From positions 1,302,001 through 1,366,000 of the forward strand of contig NW_026262675.1 of the NCBI RefSeq assembly GCF_021869535.1: DNA of 64,000 bases. The letters are read 5' to 3'. The translations under genes were made by a program, and so were the position numbers. The notes under the pieces were generated by a model that searched no databases, had not been told where the DNA came from, and worked only from the letters and a program-made list of their open reading frames with translations. Each line of letters opens with the position of its first letter. The first letter of the stretch is position 1. The stretch comes from Mytilus californianus. Lineage: Eukaryota. Shown piece after piece: positions 60,801 through 64,000 of this stretch.

Positions 60801-63800
60801 TGTAATTGAAAAAGTCTAAAGATAGACATGTTAGTTAAATGACATCTGTTGGATTTTAAACAATAGTTTAAGTTTACACTGTGTACATTTTAGTTTGTCA
60901 TTATATCTTGCCTTTATTTTCAGGATTTGTTCATTTGAATATAATCATTCTAATGTGTTTAAATTTAGCCACCTTCACCACCAAAGAAGATGCGAACATT
61001 ACATTCGACAGTACCACCTACTGCCACACAAGAAGCCACCAACCTGTTGGTACGAGAATGTATAAAGTCATACACAGATAGCTGTCATGTTGTCAAGTAT
61101 AAATATGAACAGTACTCAGGAGGATACCAGAAACTTCTTAAGTAAGATCTACTATAGTATACCAACTCTATATAATGTGGATGAATGTCTGATATGTGAG
61201 AAATCAACCATTTCTATTATAAATAGACATCTGAGGATAAAGTAGCCTTGTAAAAATGTTTGAATTGAACAAATAATTACTCCAGATACTCACCTATATT
61301 TTGAATTAAAATTCATTTGATTCGTACTTAATTTTGAGCTTAGGGCAAGGTGAGTGCAATTCAATAAGAAATGACATTTTTGCACTGTTAACATTTTCAT
61401 GAAATTTTTTAGTCATTGGAAAGTAGGAGACTTTTTGTTTTACATAAGGTTGGATTGGTTATGTCTGGAAAACTGAAAAATAAATTCTCTTACATTCTCA
61501 GGTTCAGTTGTAAACATCAAATGCACTGAATCACATTCAGTTTATACAGCCTCGTTGGATTTTAATGATAATTTAACACAATACAAACTAGCTTTCCATT
61601 AATACACAAAAAAAATATTTATATCAAAGATAAAGTGTTTGCTTCATTAATTTACTGACATAATTTTTAGGTAGGCATAAGAAACCAAGAAAGATTGAAA
61701 CACATTCAAAGACAATATTTTGTATAGACCTTATTGTTATATGAGAAAAAAACTTATTGTCAAAAAAGATTTGCTTTATATTAAAATGATTTTCTCCAGA
61801 TTAAAGACACCTGAAGCCTTACCTGAACATGTGTTTGAAATTGATGCAGAAGTGGAAGAGAAAGAAAAGGATGAGGTATATCTGCTGACATGGATACAGT
61901 TTTAGTTTAACACTAATCATTTGTAACCTGATATTTTAGGCTACTGTCATTTGCAACTTCGATTTTCATTTGATGACATCAAAATAGTTATAGAGTAAAA
62001 TTCATGATCAACCAGATGAAAAAGTAACTACCACTGAAATCATTTCTGTTAATTTAAAATTTACTGTAACTGACAAATGTCAGCCTTTGTGTTTGAGTTT
62101 TGTATTCTATTTGGATATTTGTCATTATCATTCATTTTGTTATTCTCTGATTCTTGAGTTTTGGTAACCTGAAAAATTGTGTGTTTTCCAATCATTCATC
62201 AACCTTCTTTTTACCAAATACATTTGTACATATAAATTCTTTCATACACATAATGGCCATATATGAAATTTCCGTCGCTTTCCCAGGAACTAGAAATCAG
62301 AGCTTCATTAAATTTGTTAGCAAGCTTAGGCAAATTACATGCTTTCACATTCTTGACCATTTATGATGCTTTGGTCACATTTTTGTCTCGCCTTGACGGA
62401 GTCAAAAAGCGAGACATAGGTATGCTGTTTCTGGCGGCGGCCGCGTTGTCGTCAACAATATATTAGTTTGTGATTAGGTCTAGTTCATGGGGAATCACTA
62501 GTGGTAGGTCAATGATATTTGGTATGCAGTTGTATTAGCATTGGCACATCTCATTACCATGGAGATTATTTGGCCCCGCCCCCTCAATCAAGGTCTATTG
62601 ACTTTGAAACTTTTCATAGTTTACATGTATTAGTTTGTGATTAGGTCAATGTATGGGGAACCACTAGTGGTAGATCAATGATATTTGGTATGCAGTTGTA
62701 TAAGCATTGGCATATCTCATTTCCATGGAGATTATTTGGCTCTGCCCCCTTAGTCATGGTCTATAGACATTGAAAATTTTGCTAAGTTAACATGTATTAG
62801 TTTGTGATTAGGTCAGTTCAAGGGGAACCATTAGTGGTAGGCCAATGTTAATTGGTGTTCAGTTGTATAAGCATTAGCACATCTCATTTCCATGGAGAAT
62901 ATTTGGCCCTGCCCCCTGTCATGGTCTATTGACTTTGAAACTTTTGCTTAGTTTACATGTATTAGTTTGTGATTACATTGTAGATCAGTTTAAGATGAAC
63001 TGCTAATGTTAAGTCAATGATATTTGGTATGCAAATTTATTGGCATTTGCAAATATCGTTTCCATGGAGATTATATAGCCCCACCCCTGATCATGGTTCA
63101 TTGACTTTGAAACTTTTACATAGTTTACAAGTTAATGTTTGTGTTTAGGTCTGTTTAAAGGGAACGACTTATAATAAGTCAATGGTATTTGGTATGCAGT
63201 TGTATTAGCATTGGCACATCTCATTCCGTGGAGATTGTTTAGCCATGTACCTTCAGTCATGGTTCATTGACTTTGAATATTTGCATAACTTACATGTTAA
63301 AGTATTGCTATTATAATTTCAACATTTGCATTATCAAAATTACAAAAAGGTGAGACATATCTCTGTGATAACAGTTTATTTACTCAGGAACTATGAATCA
63401 ACACCCTGAAATTTTAAATCAACATTTATGTGAGCATGCTTTACCATGTGATGCATTTTCACATACATTGCTCTTTAACTTTTTTTTAACCAAATACTTA
63501 TAGCTGGGGTATCATTAGCGAGCAGTAGCTCACAGATTTACCTGTTTGAATTAGATATGTGGAAAATGATGTTTTAGTTATTCTTTGTTATGTAAGACAC
63601 AATGCATTTGCCAGTGTAAATTTCATATATAAAGTGAGTCATGCCTGTTTAGATCATGTGAAAGAAAAATACATGTATGTTGATCACTGCTAAACTAAAA
63701 GATGTCAAATGGTATTAAAATCATCAAAGAAAGAGATCCTAGTACCTCTTCACAACATTTCTCCACCCTTGATAGTTTAATTTTTTTGAGTGCAGAAAAT

Positions 63801-63973
63801 GGTATTTCCCTATGTGCAATAATGAAAAATGAAACTAGATTCATTAAAAAGTTTGATTGAATGTCTATTTATAGGACTCTATCAGTAGACAAATGGTAGA
63901 TGTGGTTACAAAAGAAGGTTGGTTATACAAAGGTCCTGAAAGTGGCAAAGAAAACGTCATCAGTTTTACCAAG
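48774..63973 (+). CDS. DOCK9: Dedicator of cytokinesis D-subfamily GEF (DOCK9/10/11, zizimin-like), 5' part; continues beyond window
   Basis: Exons 48774-48872, 57578-57700, 60969-61141, 61800-61875, 63875-63973, GT-AG, in frame (190 aa). Motifs ERKF, DPVDYE, REMLTFPYDD, LVRECIKSY, YKYEQYSG, LPEHVFEID and TKEGWLYKG (start of PH domain) correspond to the DOCK9 N-terminus. One-to-one orthology among DOCK9/10/11 cannot be assigned. Confidence 0.93.
49440..51318. mobile_element. Fold-back element with subterminal repeats (aaagacaact / agttgtcttt), host of a nested MULE
   Basis: Inverted repeat clusters at about 49445-49505 and 51162-51318. Confidence 0.45.
50226..51152. mobile_element. Mutator-like non-autonomous element with 9-bp TSD
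   Basis: TIR ggcactggctacggttacat / atgtaaccgtagccagtgcc; TSD TACATTGTA at 50217-50225 and 51153-51161; minus-strand PHD-like relic EWNCTVC-x11-CDGC-x5-H at about 50531-50617. Confidence 0.8.
52215..52745. repeat. 57-bp minisatellite, about 9 copies, in DOCK intron 1
   Basis: Unit cagctgatattgtactgtatttatactggttgagactgacaccaatattggttatat; starts at 52284, 52341 and onward. Confidence 0.95.
53242..53662 (+). mobile_element. HINE-like element (related copy at about 59500-59820)
   Basis: ttttattatgcccccgcc...gggggcat 5' hairpin, gtccgtct motif, and 3' gcgggggcatcatctgtgtccacatgtggacac stem-loop. Confidence 0.6.
55976..56908. mobile_element. Degenerate TIR element with ~30-bp actagtg subterminal repeats
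   Basis: tgtaagcgtactttcattccgccgtgt versus acactggcggaatcaaaccactgttaca. Confidence 0.4.
57095..57270 (+). repeat. Short degenerate tandem repeat (taggaatgtttaccagggaagtataatacaa), about 4 copies
   Basis: Directly visible. Confidence 0.7.
57578..57700 (+). CDS. DOCK9: DOCK exon 2
   Basis: ttttcag|ARPKAVDPVDYETYVTKNKTILHNDPQREMLTFPYDDIIIP|gtaagt. Confidence 0.93.
60969..61141 (+). CDS. DOCK9: DOCK exon 3
   Basis: tttag|PPSPPKKMRTLHSTVPPTATQEATNLLVRECIKSYTDSCHVVKYKYEQYSGGYQKLL|gtaaga. Confidence 0.92.
61800..61875 (+). CDS. DOCK9: DOCK exon 4
   Basis: ttctccag|(K)LKTPEALPEHVFEIDAEVEEKEKDE|gtatat. Confidence 0.9.
62380..63378 (+). mobile_element. HINE-like element with about five ~166-bp internal repeats in DOCK intron 4
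   Basis: subTIR tgtctcgcctt / aaggtgagaca; units start at 62461, 62628, 62795, 62960. Confidence 0.7.
63875..63973 (+). CDS. DOCK9: DOCK exon 5 (start of PH domain)
   Basis: ttatag|DSISRQMVDVVTKEGWLYKGPESGKENVISFTK|gtatgt. Confidence 0.9.
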
Positions 63974-64000
63974 GTATGTCTAGATATTTATAACCTGGTC

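Noticed and set aside
1-64000. tRNA, rRNA or snRNA genes and the remaining 60-110 aa ORFs in the track
   Set aside because: No cloverleaf or rRNA signature recognised; the ORFs are F/I/L/Y/K-rich translations expected by chance in AT-rich intronic DNA, and many start at TTG or GTG.

Overview
AT-rich eukaryotic genomic DNA with GT-AG introns. The repeat families suggest a bivalve, probably Mytilus-like (inference). Minus strand, 2.3-43.6 kb: a tandem cluster of three calmodulin-like (4 EF-hand) genes that I assembled exon by exon. All three share the calmodulin intron phases but show progressively degraded Ca2+-binding loops: gene A has 4 intact loops, gene B about 2, gene C about 1. Inside gene C, between its probable exon 2 and exon 3, lies an uninterrupted SPOP-type MATH-domain exon (no BTB domain). 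It has phase-1 splice sites on both sides and can be spliced in frame, predicting an unusual MATH/EF-hand chimera; this is the most interesting feature, but it is an untested splice model. Plus strand from 48.8 kb: the first five coding exons of a DOCK9/10/11 (zizimin) Cdc42 GEF. Introns and intergenic DNA are full of mobile DNA: a head-to-head double-3'-end AcademX element with a TSD, Harbinger-, Tc1/mariner-, MULE- and 5-bp-TSD MITEs, Helentron-type (HINE) elements, Penelope-like RT fragments, degenerate hammerhead ribozymes and several minisatellites. Most short ORFs in the supplied track are spurious. All alignments and counts were done by eye.
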